Source: the human T2T-CHM13v2.0 reference genome, Homo sapiens
Assembly (NCBI RefSeq): GCF_009914755.1
Contig: NC_060940.1
Length of the DNA: 64,000 nucleotides
Strand: one strand, 5' to 3'
The notes under the pieces were generated by a model. It was not told the DNA's origin and did not search any database. It was given only the letters and a program-made list of their open reading frames with translations. A program made the translations under genes and the position numbers. How positions within the stretch are numbered: the first letter of the stretch is position 1; each line of letters opens with the position of its first letter. This document shows, one piece after another, positions 14,790-29,364 of this stretch.

Positions 14790-15612
14790 GTTTTAAGTTT
14801 TTTAAAAAATTATATTCTGAATACAAGCTCTTTATCAGATATATGATTTTCATATATTTTCTTCCAGGCTGTAATTTTTGTTCCCCTAAAATTAATAGGC
14901 TTTATTTTTCAGAGCAATTTTAGGTTTACAGAGAAACTGAGCACTAAATATGGAGTTCCCACATGCCTCCTCCTTGGCCCATCCCCCCTGCAGTTTCCAC
15001 TATTATTAACATCTTGCATTAGTGTGGTATATTTATTACATCTGGTGAACCAATGCTGATACATTATGATTAAAGCGTGTAGTTTGCACTTGTGTTCACT
15101 GTTTGTATTATGCATTTCTGTGTACAGGTTTTGGACAGATGCATAATGTCATATACACATCATTACAGTATCATACAGAATAGTTTCACTGCCCTAAAAA
15201 TGTCCTGTGCTCTACCTATTTATCCCTCTTTCCTTCCCTTGAGCCCCTGGAAACCACTGTTCTTTTTCTATCTCTCTACTTCTGCCTTTTCCAGAATGTC
15301 ATCTATTTGGAATCATAGGGTATGTAACCTTTTCACACTGACTTCTTTTACTTAGCCATGTGCATTTACGGTTCAGCCATCTTTTTATAGCTCATTTCCT
15401 TTGAGCTGGAATAATATTCCATTGTATATATGTACCACAGTTTGTGTAAACATTCACCTGTTGAAAGACATCTTGGTTGCTTTCAACTTTTTGCAATGAT
15501 TAATAAAGATTCTATAAACGTACATGTCCAGGCTTTTGTGTGGACGTGGTTTTTCACTCATTTTGGTAAATACCAAAGAGTATTATTGCTGGGTAATATG
15601 GTAAGATTATGA
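14790..15612 (-). mobile_element. L1MC-type 3' end
   Basis: agagcaattttaggtttacagagaaactgagc and catcattacagtatcatacagaatagtttcactgccctaaaaat. Confidence 0.8.
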
Positions 15613-15635
15613 ATCAGAATTTCTATTGTCCCACA

Positions 15636-15999
<364 letters not shown>

Positions 16000-16049
16000 T
16001 AGAGTTTTGGATTTGAATAATTCTAGTGTAGTGGCATCTTGTTGTTTTA

Positions 16050-17640
16050 TTTTCCTTCACTTTTAAAGGATATTTCCCCCTATTACAGAATTCTGAGTCG
16101 AGGAATTTTCTTTTTCTTTCAGCACCTTAAAATGTCACTTTGTCGTCTTCTCAGTTATGTAGTTTCGGAGGAGTAATTTTCTGTAATCAGTGTCTTTCTT
16201 TTTTTAATATAATGTGTCTTTTTTCTCTGGTTGCCTTCAAGATTTTCTCTTTATATTTGTTTTTCAGCAATTTGAATGTGATGTGTCTAGTTTTATTTTT
16301 TTATTTTAAAAAAATCCTGTTTTGTGTTCTAGGAGCTTCTTGGAAATTTAATTTGACATCTTCTATTATTTATGAAAAATTCTCAGCCATTATCTCTTCA
16401 AATGTTTCTTTTGACCTGTTCTATTTTCCTTTCAAGTGTCTAATTATGTGTATACTGGATCTTTTGATACTGTCTTAAAGTCTTAAAGCTTTTGCTTATT
16501 CTGTTCTTTCTTTTTAAAATTCACTCATTTTACATTGTGTTCCAGGTTGGCCAATTTCTATTGACTTAACTTCAAGTTCATGGATTCTTTCCTTAGTTGT
16601 GGAGTCTACTGAGGAACCCACCATAGACATTATTCATTTCTGTGGTCATGCTTAAAAAAACATTCTACCATCCCGTTGGTTCTGTCTTATAGTTTCTCTG
16701 TCTCTGTTGAAATTCTCTACCTGTTCATGCAAATTTTTCATCTTTACCACTGGAGTTGTCTTAAGGAATTTTTTAATGAATTTTAAATTCCAACATTTGG
16801 GTCACATATGAATCAAATTCTGTTATTGGCTTTGTGTCTTGACAGTGGGTTGTTTTTCTTGCTTTTCTTGTATCTTGTAATTTTTGGTTGAATGGTGGAC
16901 ATCCTATGTAGAACAGTAGAGACTAAGATTTGTGACTGCAAATAGACATATCACTTTTTCTACTAAGCTGCTAGTGTGAGGAATTCAATTAATTTACTCA
17001 AGAACTAAGCTGGGTTTTTGTTTTGTTGTTACTATGTTTCCTCTCAATGCATCACTAGCTTCAAATTCCTTCTTATTACCTTTTGGTTAGAGTGGGGTTG
17101 GATGTTGGAGAATTTCTCTCAATGCTTTGGTTGACCCTCAGATTTAGACCTTTCTTATGAGCATGCCCCTTAGCAAAGGCCTTTCCTCACTCTTGTGCCT
17201 TTCTCCTGGGATTACACTGTTGTTACCTGTTAATTGCTACTTGGTGGTGTGTGTTGGGCAGGTATTCTCTTTTGTTTTGTTGCGGCTTCATCCTTAGGCA
17301 GATCCTCTGTTCCTTGGTTTTGACAATGGGAATTTTTCAGTGATCCTGCCCTTACACAGTGGTAGGGTATCTCTAATCGTCTAGGTCCAGGAGGGATTCT
17401 TGCCCCTCCTCTAGAGGCAGATGATTTTTTTGTTTGTTTCCTTTTATCTGCCTCAATGGGGCAGATAACTCTGGGAGCCCCAGAATTTGCTGCTTATGGC
17501 TTTTGCTGGATAGGGAGGTAGGAGAGAAGGATCCAGCTGGATCTTTGTGCCTTATCTGCAGCGAAGGCTACTCCTTTGCTCAAGGCTGGCAGCACTAGGA
17601 AAAGCTGTCTTTGGTTTCCCACTCTACACCTATTTTCCTC
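16050..17640 (-). mobile_element. Old L1M ORF1/5' region
   Basis: gttgccttcaagattttctctttatatttgtttttcagcaatttgaatgtgatgtgtctag and ttctcagccattatctcttcaaat motifs; appears to resume at about 19090-19760. Confidence 0.65.
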
Positions 17641-17649
17641 CTGAGCGAT

Positions 17650-18010
17650 CTTTTAGTTTGCTAGTGCTGCCTTAACAAAGTACCAAAAACTGGATAACTT
17701 AAACATCTGGAGCCTAGAAGTCCAAAATCAAGGTATTGGCAGGGTTGGTTGCCTCTGAGGGCTATGAGGAAAGTACCTGTTTCAGGCTTCTCTGATGGTA
17801 GATAGCCATCTTCTCTCTATGTCTCTTCACATTGTTTTTTTCTACATGCATCTTTGTCTAAATTTCCCCTTTTAATAAGAGCACCAGTCATATTGGATTA
17901 GGATCCACCCTAATGAACTCATTTGAACTCGATTACCTCTACAAAGACCCCATCTCCAAATAAGGACATACCTTGAGATACTGGGCATTATGACTTAAAC
18001 ATATAAATTT
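17650..18010 (-). mobile_element. MaLR LTR (MLT1B/C-like)
   Basis: agaagtccaaaatcaaggtattggcagggttgg and caccagtcatattggattaggatccaccctaatga. Confidence 0.85.
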
Positions 18011-18014
18011 GTTC

Positions 18015-18632
18015 TTTGTTTTTAAAAATTAATAGTTTTTATTTATATAGATGTATGGGGCACAAGTGCAATTTGGTTACATCCATAGATTGCATAGTAA
18101 TTAAATCAGGGCTTTTAGTGTATCCATCACCCAAACAACATATATTGTACCCATTGACTAATTTCTCATCCCTCATGCCTCACCTCCATCACACCTCCTC
18201 TCTCTCCCAAGTCTCCAGTGTCTATTATTCCACTCTCCACATCCATGCATATGCTTTTTATAACACTCATTTATAAATGAGAACATTCAAGATCTGATTT
18301 TGTCTGGCTTGTTTCACTTAATATAATGACCTCCGTTTCTATCCCCGTTGCTGTAAAAGACGTAATTTTATTCTTTTTTATGGCTGAAAAGAACTAAAAA
18401 TGATATTTTTAGTTCTTGAAAAATCTCCATGCTGTTTTCTATATAGGTTGTAACTACTAATTTACATTCCTACCAACAACATGAAAGAGTTCTCTTTTGT
18501 CCACATTCTTGCGAACATCTCTTAGTTTTGTCTTTTTAGTAATAGCCATTCTGCATAGGGTAAGATAATATTCCATTATGGTTTTAATTTGCATTTCTCT
18601 GATGATTAGTGATGATGAGCATTTTTTATATA
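18015..18632 (-). mobile_element. L1 (L1PB/L1MA-type) 3' end
   Basis: gggcttttagtgtatccatcacccaaacaa and gttttaatttgcatttctctgatgattagtgatg. Confidence 0.85.
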
Positions 18633-18669
18633 CTCAGGTTGTTTCTGTGCAGGATCATTTAGAAGTGGG

Positions 18670-19082
18670 TGATATAGTTTGGACATTTATCCCCTCCAAA
18701 TCTCATGTGGAAATGTGACTTTTAATGTTGGAGGTGGCCCTAGTGGGAGATGCCTGGGTCATGGAGATGGATCCCTCATGAATGGCGTGGTGCTGTCATT
18801 GTGGTAATGAGTGAGTTCTTTATGAGTTCATGCAAGATCTGGCCATTTAAAAGAGACTGACACTTCCTCCTTCTCTCTCTTCTTCCCTCTCTTGCGATGT
18901 GATATGCTGGCTTCTTTGCCTTCTGCCATGATTGTAAGCTTACTGAGGCCTCATCAGTAGCCAAGCAGATGTTGGAGCCATGCTTGTACAGCCTGCAAAA
19001 CTGTGAGCCAAACACACCTCTTTTCTTTATAAATTACCCAGTTTCAGTATTCCTTCATAGCAATGCAAAACGGACTAATACA
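18670..19082 (+). mobile_element. MSTB-like MaLR solo LTR
   Basis: tgatatagtttgga...gcaatgcaaaacggactaataca with TG...CA termini and 5-bp TSD gtggg. Confidence 0.92.
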
Positions 19083-19285
19083 GTGGGTATAGACTCTCCT
19101 TGTGTCTGCAGCTCCTAGGAGGTCTGTGCTCTCACACTGCCTGCAGCTGGCCTTTAGCAATTTGTTGAAACTTTTAACTGATATATTTTTACCTGCTTCT
19201 ACAGTGTCTATATCTTCCTCTGGTGCCTCAGGTAAGGCAGTGCGTATGTCTGCATCTTTCCTTGGAGATGCCTGTTTTTTTCTAG

Positions 19286-19648
<363 letters not shown>

Positions 19649-19779
19649 GTGACCTCAGCTCTTTGATGGGTTTGAGAAAAGTTGTGGTTTTGTTAAATAT
19701 CTGGGCTTTCTTTACAGTTAAGAGGTGGGAGTGATACTCTTTTCAGCTTTTTACATACTGAGAGAGAGAAGGTGACACT

Positions 19780-20245
19780 ATTTTTAAATTTAAATTTATA
19801 ATTGTGTATTGCCATATGTAGAAATACAGTTGATTTTATATTAGTCTTGCATCTTGCAACTTTGTTAAACTCACTTGTTAGTTATAGTAGCTTCTTTGAT
19901 AGAGTCTAGGATTTTCTATGTCATTAATTTTATAATTTTTAAGTAGATGTATTTTTTTTATTCTTTTCCAATCTACATGCTTTTCATGTTTTTTTCTTGA
20001 CCAATTACACTGGCTAGGACCTTCAATACAATGTGGACTAGCAGTGGTAAGATCAGACATCCTTGCGTTCTCCCCCATCTCAGGAGGACAGCATTTAGTC
20101 TTTCACCACAATTTATGATGTTAGCTGAAAGTTTTCGCCTAAATGTTTTTTTTATCAGGTTGAGGAAGTCTTCTTCTATTCTTATTTGCCAAGAGTTATT
20201 TACTGTAAATAAATGTTCACTTTTGTCAAATGCTTTTTGACAAAG
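19780..20245 (-). mobile_element. L1M ORF2 fragment
   Basis: ORF-track peptide ANIINCGERLNAVLLRWGRTQGCLILPLLVHIVLKVLA is a degenerate L1 reverse-transcriptase motif. Confidence 0.85.
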
Positions 20246-20531
20246 TATTTTCAACTTGGTTGATTATTTTTACTTCTTGAGAAGGAAGACTTCTTAGACA
20301 AAAATTATTGAATGACTTGGGTAAGTAAAAAAATTCAATAATGGGTGTGACCTCAGTCTACCAGTAATATAAAATTAATATACTATTACCACATTCTAAC
20401 CTCTGATTTATGGACTTACTGTCCATTATAGATCAGATTAGTAGAGATTTCTAGTCAAGTGGGAGCTTTAGCTACAGAATTACCAAAAGGCTGCACTGTA
20501 AGTCATATTCACCTCAAAAGTAGTCCTGTAT

Positions 20532-20955
20532 CAATACAGTTTGGAGGCTTGTTCCCTCCACATCTTGTGTTGAAATGTAATCCCCAGTATTGGAGGTAGG
20601 GCTTGGTGGGAGGTATGTGAGTCATGGGGGAGGATCCCTCATGAATGTCTTGGTGCCCTCCTCACAATAATGAGTGAGTTTTCACTCTGTGGCTTCATGC
20701 AAGATCTAGTTGTTTAAAAGAGTTTGGGACCTCCCCACTTCTCTCTCTTGTGTGCTCTCTCTCTCCATGTGACACTCTGCTCCTGCTTCTCCTTCTGCCA
20801 TGAGTAAAAGCTCCCTGAAGCCCTCACCAGAAGCCAAGCAGATGCCAGCACCATGCTTCCTATACAGCCTGCAGAACCATCAGCCAGTTAAATTTCTTTA
20901 TTAATTATCTAGCCTCAGGTATTTCTTTATAGCAACACAAAAACGAATTAACACA
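20532..20955 (+). mobile_element. MSTB-like MaLR solo LTR
   Basis: tgttgaaatgtaatccccagtattggagg...ctttatagcaacacaaaaacgaattaacaca; TSD tgtat/cgtat. Confidence 0.9.
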
Positions 20956-20999
20956 CGTATGGGTTAGCCAAAAAAGCATTTATAGCTATTTTTTATTTC

Positions 21000-21375
21000 A
21001 TTATTAGCAACTCTTTTAAATTTTTGACTATGTTTTGGGCATTGTGCTGGGTGCCTGATATGTAGTATCTCATTTAGCCCTAATAAGAACTCTGGGAAAT
21101 TGGTATTATTGTTTTCAGCATATCAAAATATTTAAGTGTGTGGACACTAAGGACTCACTGCCAAGGTTAGTATTTCAGCTTCACCACTTACTTGCTGAAT
21201 GACCATGAGCAAGTCACTTAGCCTCACTTAATCCATTGTATCATGCGTAAAATAGGGAAAAATGATAATGACATGGTTTAGTTGTTCTGAGATTTAAATA
21301 AAGCTATTCAGTGTTACACTTTTGGCATGTTTTCTGGTGCATTTGAAACACTAAATCAAAGTTAGATATTACTTC
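21000..21375. mobile_element. MIR remnants in both orientations
   Basis: ccacttacttgctgaatgaccatgagcaagtcactt (+) and ggcattgtgctggg...ggtattattgtt (-). Confidence 0.6.
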
Positions 21376-21743
21376 CGTTATCTTGAAAGTGAGAAAAAGA
21401 AGAGATATGGAAACAAATGCACACAACTAATACATGTCAGAGTTTAGATTCTAAGCCCACCTGCTTCCAAAGCACCCGCCTCCATCCACCATGCTGCTCT
21501 TATTTTATATGCTTATTAGGGAGAGGATTTTTTTGCTAATGTATAAATATAATTGGCATACATATTGCTTTATGCCTGTTGTCTCACTGTAATTATCAAT
21601 AATGCCCCTTTAATTCTCATGAATGTCTGTTTTAGACAATAAATTATATAATCACCTTATTAATAATCCACATTTTAATTTATCTTTTGGTGACAAATTA
21701 TTATTTCTAGTTCTAAATTTACTTGTGGCCCAAGCTCTCCAGC

Positions 21744-21751
21744 ACACACAC

Positions 21752-21796
<45 letters not shown>
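21744..21796. repeat. (CA)n microsatellite
   Basis: CA run with one interruption. Confidence 0.95.
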
Positions 21797-21799
<3 letters not shown>

Positions 21800-23589
21800 A
21801 TGGAGGATTTTATTAAAAAGTTGCAGATACTATGTAATGATATAACTTGAAGCATTTTTACTTTCAAGATTAATCACAATTTAGCAACTTGTGGCTTACG
21901 CAGGATGAACACACACGATTTTGAAAGTCTTGCCTTACAATGACACAATAATAAATCAATTCCTGGTGGTGGGAGCGCAATGTCAGTTTTACATAAATGG
22001 ATACTCATAAAAGTTGATCACTGTTGAAATAAATGTGGGCTCTTAATAAAATGCTATCTGTTGTCCAAACCAGAGAAACATAGTATAACAGATATTCATA
22101 GTCTATGGATGGCTTCTAGGTGTGATTCTTTGGGTGCTGGTTCCAGGCAGGGAGGAAGATAAAGGCTATGAGGATATTTCTCACATACGATTTTTTTATC
22201 CTAAGGGGAATGTAGCTCATATCAGACTTTTTGTATTTTCTTAGTAATTAGAAACTTATTTATTAGATGAACATATATTAGATCTTATGAACATCTGCAT
22301 TGTGAGAAAAAAAGTCTTCTTCAGTTGCTTCCACCTTTATACATAGAGTTTATAAATATCAACATGACTGAGGTGTCTGTGTTCCTGTCATATTTGAAAT
22401 ATTTGTATTAGTGAGACTCAAAGTGAGATTCAAGAAATTTTCCTGTTCCTTATACATTAAATTGTTATGGAAACCCAGATTCAAACAATTTTATTTTTAT
22501 TCATTTGAGACTTGATATTTCCCTATAGCCAGCATTTTATTTACAATGTGTATTTCAGTTTCAACATAGTTAATTGCTTTTGTACCACATTTTATGAACA
22601 ATTTTTTTTCAATAGTCATTGGAGGCCAAACTATAAGCAATGTGTTTAGTTTTCTGCTCAGCCAATCACATTGAGCCTAAAAAATAGACTTGCACGTAAG
22701 GAAATTCCCTGTGGAGTAGGAAACACAGCTGTTTTATCCTACTAGGAAGCCTGCAGAGAGATACTATTTTCCTTGGGGGAAAGGACACTCAAGTTTTGAG
22801 AGTCTAGGTACTGTACCATTGGGGAAACAGCAGAAAAGAAAATAGACCATCTTTTTCAGTTCTGTCATACAGACTATAAAGAAGTCCTTTGTTCAGACTC
22901 TATGTCCTCCTTCTTCTTGCTGAATCTTTAGTCTTTTAAAATTCTACCCTTAACTAAATGGGTAAAGCTGCAAAAAACATTAAACTTAAAAATATACCAG
23001 GGATACAGAATGAGGAGAGGTGATTGATCTTTGAGTAGGTATCCAACAGTGCAATGAAATTCTCAAGCAGGTTTCTTTTTATTTCAAAATGAGTTTGATT
23101 CAGAGGGATTTTATAGCTGCTAAATCATGCAATTGGCAGAGATTGTGCGTGCGTCTCACAGTTACTTTGAAAGATGTCAAATTTGCAAAGGCAGTAAAAA
23201 TACTGGGATTTACTGAGCTTGCTTTTTTTTTTTTCTTCCCAGAGAATGCTCTAAAATCTAGCATGCTCAGAAGCAATACAGTGCAACAGAAGTGTGCAGA
23301 ATTGCAGTTTCCACAGAAAGAGTATGACTTTCTCAACCAGTGTGTTGTGATTACATCTTTGGCAAAAGCCTGGCAGCCTATGCTTGTTGTTACAAAAGGC
23401 TCCTTTTTATCACCAGTGGACATGGTGTCCTGTCATTGTCACTGACATGTAAAAGCTGCTCTTTTTTTTTTTGTTTTTTACAAAATAATGTTATTCGTAC
23501 ATATCTCTGTAATGTTGCCTTATGAATATATGCAAGCTTCTTTAGGACATATACCTATGTATGAGAATTTCTAGGCTGTTGGAATAACA

Positions 23590-23741
23590 TTTTATTTTAT
23601 TTTATTTTATTTTACTTTAAGTTCTGGGATACATGTGCTGAATGTGCAGGTTTGTTACATAGGTGTACATGGTGGTTCGCCACACCTGTCAACCCATCAT
23701 CTAGGTTTTAAGCCCCACATGCATTAGGTATTTGTCCTAAT
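23590..23741 (-). mobile_element. L1PA 3'-terminal fragment with (TTTTA)n tail
   Basis: tactttaagttctgggatacatgtgc...gcattaggtatttgtcctaat. Confidence 0.9.
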
Positions 23742-24519
23742 AAAGCTACTAATTTTTATATTAATATATATATTTTTACCAATCAAAGGAACCATAAGCT
23801 TGGCTTTAGAAGGAAAATTAGCTTTAGAAAGAAAGCTAATTTTTTTCTAATAAAGAGAAGGAGAGAGAGAGAGAGTTATCAATCTGAATCTGATCAATAA
23901 CAAAGCAGCATATATACACCTACAAAGTGTGCACCACTTTCTCTCAAACAAGACAGAGATGACACATTGTATTATAAGCTGCTGAACAGCCTTACTTTGC
24001 TCATCCAAAGAGATGTAAGTCTGAAGGAGCGCCTCTGGACTGGTAGACAAACCTGCACAGGACAGTGGCCTTGGACCATGTGTGCTAAAACCTGGACAGA
24101 CGGACCAGCAGCAAATGAAAACCTGTGTTGGGCTTGGGGGGTATTCAGATTGTATAAACTGCTGGATAACTTCCCTAAAAGAGGATATTAGGGTGAAGGA
24201 TTCCCAGAGCTCTGAAAACATGAGTGATAATTAGGATAATCACAGAAGAAAGTTTATTACAGCTGGTGAGACATTGGCTGGGATGGGTCTAATTTGAAGT
24301 CCAATAGGGCAGTGATCAACATCTGGACATCTGTCCAAATGAAGCGACACTTTCTTCTGTGGATTAGGGGTGTGCAGAAAAGGTTCAGTTTAAGGAATGG
24401 GCAGAGACAATACTCAGCAGGTCATCAGATGGAGCCACAGGAGCACTGTGCAGCTTTTCTAAGAAAAGAAGAAGTGAGAATCTATAGTAGCGAAGATAAG
24501 TCTACCGTCATGGGCTATC

Positions 24520-24700
24520 ACACTTGCTTTGCATTATCTTATTTAGTACCCACAAATAAGCCTTCAATGTAGATGAGAATATTCCTGTATTTGCAGTGAG
24601 CAAACAGAGACTCAGAAGAGTAAAGTAACCTTGCCAAATTCACAGAGCTAGTAGGTGCTGAAGGCAAGACTTCCATCCAAACATGCTGTATCCAGCTCAT
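24520..24700 (-). mobile_element. MIR remnant
   Basis: aaacagagactcagaagagtaaagtaaccttgccaaattcacagagctagtagg. Confidence 0.65.
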
Positions 24701-25108
24701 GTCTTGACCTGCAGTGATGTTTTCACTGGTGTTTCCAGTGGTGTATGTCTTTGGTTCTGAAAAATACTTGAGGATAGGGTAGGTAGTTTGAGCTCCAGTA
24801 CTTAGATGTTCAGACTGAACCCTTGGATCCCTGAAATAAAACGAAATTAGTTTCTGTATATTTAGTGCTCACATTATTGAAATAATTCATCTGCTCCTCT
24901 GAACACAATGACTAGAATCACTTTTCACAGTTGAAGTCTCTGACTGCATAAAATCTTGTGAGCAGTATATTCATTCTCTCCCACTGCCCTCTAGAATATC
25001 TGATTTTATTTTGTCCTTGGGGTCATTGCTAAATGGTGGGAAGGGTGAGCACATGAGGGAAAAGATGATACACACCATGCCTCTCCAGGTATTAAATGGA
25101 CTTGAGTA

Positions 25109-25416
25109 GGCCGGGCGCAGTGGCTCACGCCTGTAATCCCAGCACTTTGGGAGGCTGAGGCGGGTGGATCACAAGGTCAGGAGTTCGAGATCAGCCTGAT
25201 CAACATGGTGAAGCCCTGTCTCTATTAAAAATACAAAAAAAAAAAATTAGCTGGGCGTGGTGGCGGTCACCTGTAATCCCAGCTACTCAGGAGGTTGAGG
25301 CAGGAGAATTGCTTGAACCCGGGAGGCAGAGGTTCCAGTGAGCTGAGATCGCACCACTGCAGTACAGACTGGGCGACAGAGTGAGACTCTGTTCTGAAAA
25401 AATAAAATAAAATAAA
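25109..25416 (+). mobile_element. Alu (AluSg-like)
   Basis: Full Alu; TSD aaatggacttgagta at 25094 and 25417. Confidence 0.95.
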
Positions 25417-25450
25417 AAATGGACTTGAGTATAAGAAAATGCCTTTTCTT

Positions 25451-25746
25451 GGACCGGGTGTGGTGGCTCATGCCTGTAATCCCAGTACTTTGGGAGGCCG
25501 AGGCAGGCGGATCACGAGGTCAGGAGATCGAGACCATCCTGGCTAACACAATAAAACCCTGTCTCTAATAAAACTACAAAAAATTAGCCGGGAGTGGTGG
25601 TACGCGCCTGTAGTCCCAGCTACTCGGTAGGCTGAGGCAGGAGAATTGCTTGAACCTGGGAGGCGGAGGTTGCAGTGGACATTGTGCCACTGCACTCCAG
25701 CCTGGGCGACAGAGCAAGACTCCATCTCAAAAATAAATAAATAAAT
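25451..25746 (+). mobile_element. Alu (AluSc/Y-like)
   Basis: gagatcgagaccatcctggctaacac; TSD agaaaatgccttttctt at 25434 and 25747. Confidence 0.95.
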
Positions 25747-26189
25747 AGAAAATGCCTTTTCTTCTGCAACTTTGTACATTTATATGAATCCCCTCTCCCC
25801 ATCTAATTAAAGACATTTCATTCTATTTCCTCCATTGTGTAGAAATTCAGGAAAAATATAAACAGACATGGTAGACTCTAAAATTTATTTCAACAGGAAA
25901 AGCTTCCTCTCTCTAAGTTTCTAGTCCCTTTTTTCTGTTATGCCTGGACTATGCTTTCGTCACTTTGACACCAGTGTGATTTGCAACTGAAAAGCACGAG
26001 GAACAGTTCTCAACTTGGTACTTGGCTCAGCTTGGTTATAAGGAAAAATGAAAAATAATCTAGGTAGAAAAGTATTTTTAGACCTTTCTTCTTAAAAATA
26101 GTACTCATCACAATAATAGCAATCTGAATGCACACCTACCACAAACTTGGCACTGTGCTGGCCGAATTAAATAGTTGTTACAATGAGCA

Positions 26190-26339
26190 GGTGCTCACCT
26201 GTAGTCTTAGCTACTCAGGAGGCTGAGGTGTGAGGTTCACTTGAGCCCAGAAAATCAAGGCTGCAGTGAGCCAAGGTCATGCCACTGCACTCCATTTTTG
26301 GTGACAGGGCAAGAACCCATCTCAAAAAAATAAAAAAAA
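26190..26339 (+). mobile_element. Alu right monomer (FRAM/AluJ fragment) within a MIR
   Basis: cacctgtagtcttagctactcaggaggctgagg...catctcaaaaaaa, with MIR-like sequence on both sides (about 26100-26480). Confidence 0.85.
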
Positions 26340-27272
26340 TTTGTCACATCTAATTCTCACAATGATTTTGGTTCCTCATTCCTTAATCATAAATTGAGAT
26401 TTGGAGAAGTTAAGATGTTACCAAGGTCACATGCTAAGATAGGGATCTAGCTGGGATTCAAACTCAAGCTTGTCTGTTCCTCAAGTTTGTTTTTTTTTTT
26501 ACTGTGAACATACATCAAACTTCCTGAAATCTCTACAAAGACATGTGCTGCTCAGTGAGCCACGAGACAAGGGGGAACCCTACGCCGTCTACCAGAACGG
26601 CAAATTCCTAAGTCACATGCAGTGAGAGAATTTGAGTATCAGGAATTCCAGCTGGAAGAATGGCCAACCAGATGAGTTGAAGCCTCAGGGAACCCGCATG
26701 AGAATTTGGACGTTTTCTCATATTTTAACGAGAAACAGCAGAATTTCACACACACAAAAATACCATTTGACACATGCAAGAAACTTGTCATTGGGTCAAA
26801 AATTCTCCCCTGGGATCTTCAGGCATCTGTTTTCCAGCATCCCCTGCAGGTCAAAAACTGTTTTCCCTTCTGGTTCTTAAATCTACAAGACCGTCTCAGA
26901 GCTACATCTAGCAGCCGCCTCTTTCCAAATGGAACACTAAACATATTTTCTCTCTTGTTGTCTCGTCTTGCAGTCAGTCTTCTTCTATTGCTAGCTTGAG
27001 GGGTTATCTCTTTTTAGTCACAGCACAAGGGATACATTTTTGTAGCCTTTTCATGGAGTCATGTTCCATGTTTTCTCTTTTATCCAAGCAAGTCTGACTA
27101 ATGGAATTGTAATGCACAAAGCCAGCTTGCCATCCTCAAGCAATGTTTCATGGCACATGAGCCTATGTAATGGCTAGAAAATATCCTCCCAAGCCTGAGA
27201 CATGATGGTTTTGTGACTAGGCTTAATTGGATAGAAAAAAACACTGGAATAATTTCTTGATGCCACTTCTCT

Positions 27273-27482
27273 CAAGGTTCCCCAGCCTTGGCACTGTTGA
27301 AATTTTGGGCTGAAAAATTTCTTGTTGTGGACGCTGTCCTGTGCATTGTAGGATGTTTAGCTGCACCCCTGGCCTTTAACCACAGAATGTTAGTAGCACC
27401 CCAGGTGGGACAACGAAAAATATTTCCGGACGTTCTCAAATGTCCCCTGGAGGGCAAAATCACCCCTGGTTGAAAATCACTG
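27273..27482 (+). mobile_element. MER20 (hAT-Charlie)
   Basis: ctgtcctgtgcattgtaggatgtttagc...caaatgtcccctggagggcaaaatcacccctggttgaaaatcactg. Confidence 0.9.
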
Positions 27483-28665
27483 TTCTCTTGTCTCTTTCCC
27501 TCTCTGCACAACCACCCTTACACACACATGTACAACAGCACTTTGAAGGGGCAGTTTTCTTACTAAAATTATCATTTGTATAGATGGTATGTATATGCTT
27601 TCTGACTATAGAAGAAATTCTTCTATTAATGCCTCTGAAATATACTGCTAACGGTTTCTTTAAAGACAAAACTTGGGATTGTGTAAATTCTTAGGTCTGT
27701 GCAATAACTTGAAACTGTTCAGGAGCTGAACCAGCTCCAAAGCCTGACACACCTGCCCTGGAACTTGCAGATGGAAAGCTGGGAGGAGGGGAAATAATCT
27801 CAACTTTATAAAAATGAAAGCCTAGGAATAAATTGCTTTTAGCTCTCGAACAATTCTAGCTTCTGGATTTCAATTCAAGGCAATAATAAATGCTTCTTTC
27901 AATTGCTCTCCACTTCAAGTAATAGTGCAAGGTCAGAACAATAGCAGGGAGGTCCTGTGTGCAGAGAGGCAGTTTACAGATTAGTTGTACTGATGCCAAA
28001 CAAGAAGGGTCCAGCTCCACTTGGGGATTGGTGTAAATGGAAGTCCTCTTCACTCTTTGGGTTGGAATTTTTTTTTTTTAACATATCAATGCAAATTACC
28101 TGTTTCATCTGTGTAGCTTTCCCAGAGGACGCTGAATTTCAGGTCCATCATGTATACTAACCCACCAAACTTCAAGTAGAGGTCCTCAGGGCCTCTATGG
28201 GCCTTCATAGTCAGAGGCCTCAGGGCCTTTGACTATGAAAAAAAGGTCTGTTTCTTGGATTCAAGTGGCTTACACATCATTTTAGGAGACAAAATCCTGA
28301 TATACTACATCCCCTGAAGACTTCCTTTATTCTTACTGAGAAGTTAATTTCTTCCTCCTCATGGTAACTCAGTATCAAATCGCGTTCTAGTTTGCTATTT
28401 TCCCACTCTATTGTCACATAATTATTTACCTATCTATTTCTCTGCAAAGTCTAGGATGAGAATGTATTCAAATTTATATTCTCACTGTCTTGCAAAGGTC
28501 TTGGCATAGAGCTAGTGGACCTCTCTGCTGCATTTAATGATAGGGAACAATAAAGCCTTTCTGAAATTCTTTACTTCTTGGAGTCCATGTCCCTTCTTAT
28601 TTCCTCTCTAATTATTCTTTCATTTTTTTCTTTGTTTCCTTGGTCATTCCTATCTTGTAAAACTC

Positions 28666-28966
<301 letters not shown>

Positions 28967-29364
28967 TATAAAACTCTTAAACACCAGTGTTCCCTAGAGA
29001 TTCTCCATTTTGCTTATTCTGCATCATTTCCCTAAATGATCTACTCTATTCTCTTTGGTTTAATTGTAGAGATTGTTGATTCTCAAATCTATTGCCCTCC
29101 ATTCATCCTGACGTCTTTCCCAAACTTTAGGTTTGTGAAGGTTTGCTGGCTATATCCACCTAGAATCTCAAAGGAAATTTCAACTCATCACAGTAAAAAC
29201 TTGATGGATCATGGTATCTTCCTCTATCACAGTTAAATCTCTTCCTTTATTATTCTAAATCTCAGTGTTCCAATCATCTTTCTAATCAGTCAGTCAAAAA
29301 CATGGAAGTCATCACTAATTTTCCCTTCACCCTCCCTATCTCCCATACTAGATCCTATTCATTC

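Noticed and set aside
23089-23445. Overlapping 118-aa (+) and 107-aa (-) ORFs
   Set aside because: Both cross a T run, show no domain or recognisable homology, and are of a length expected by chance.
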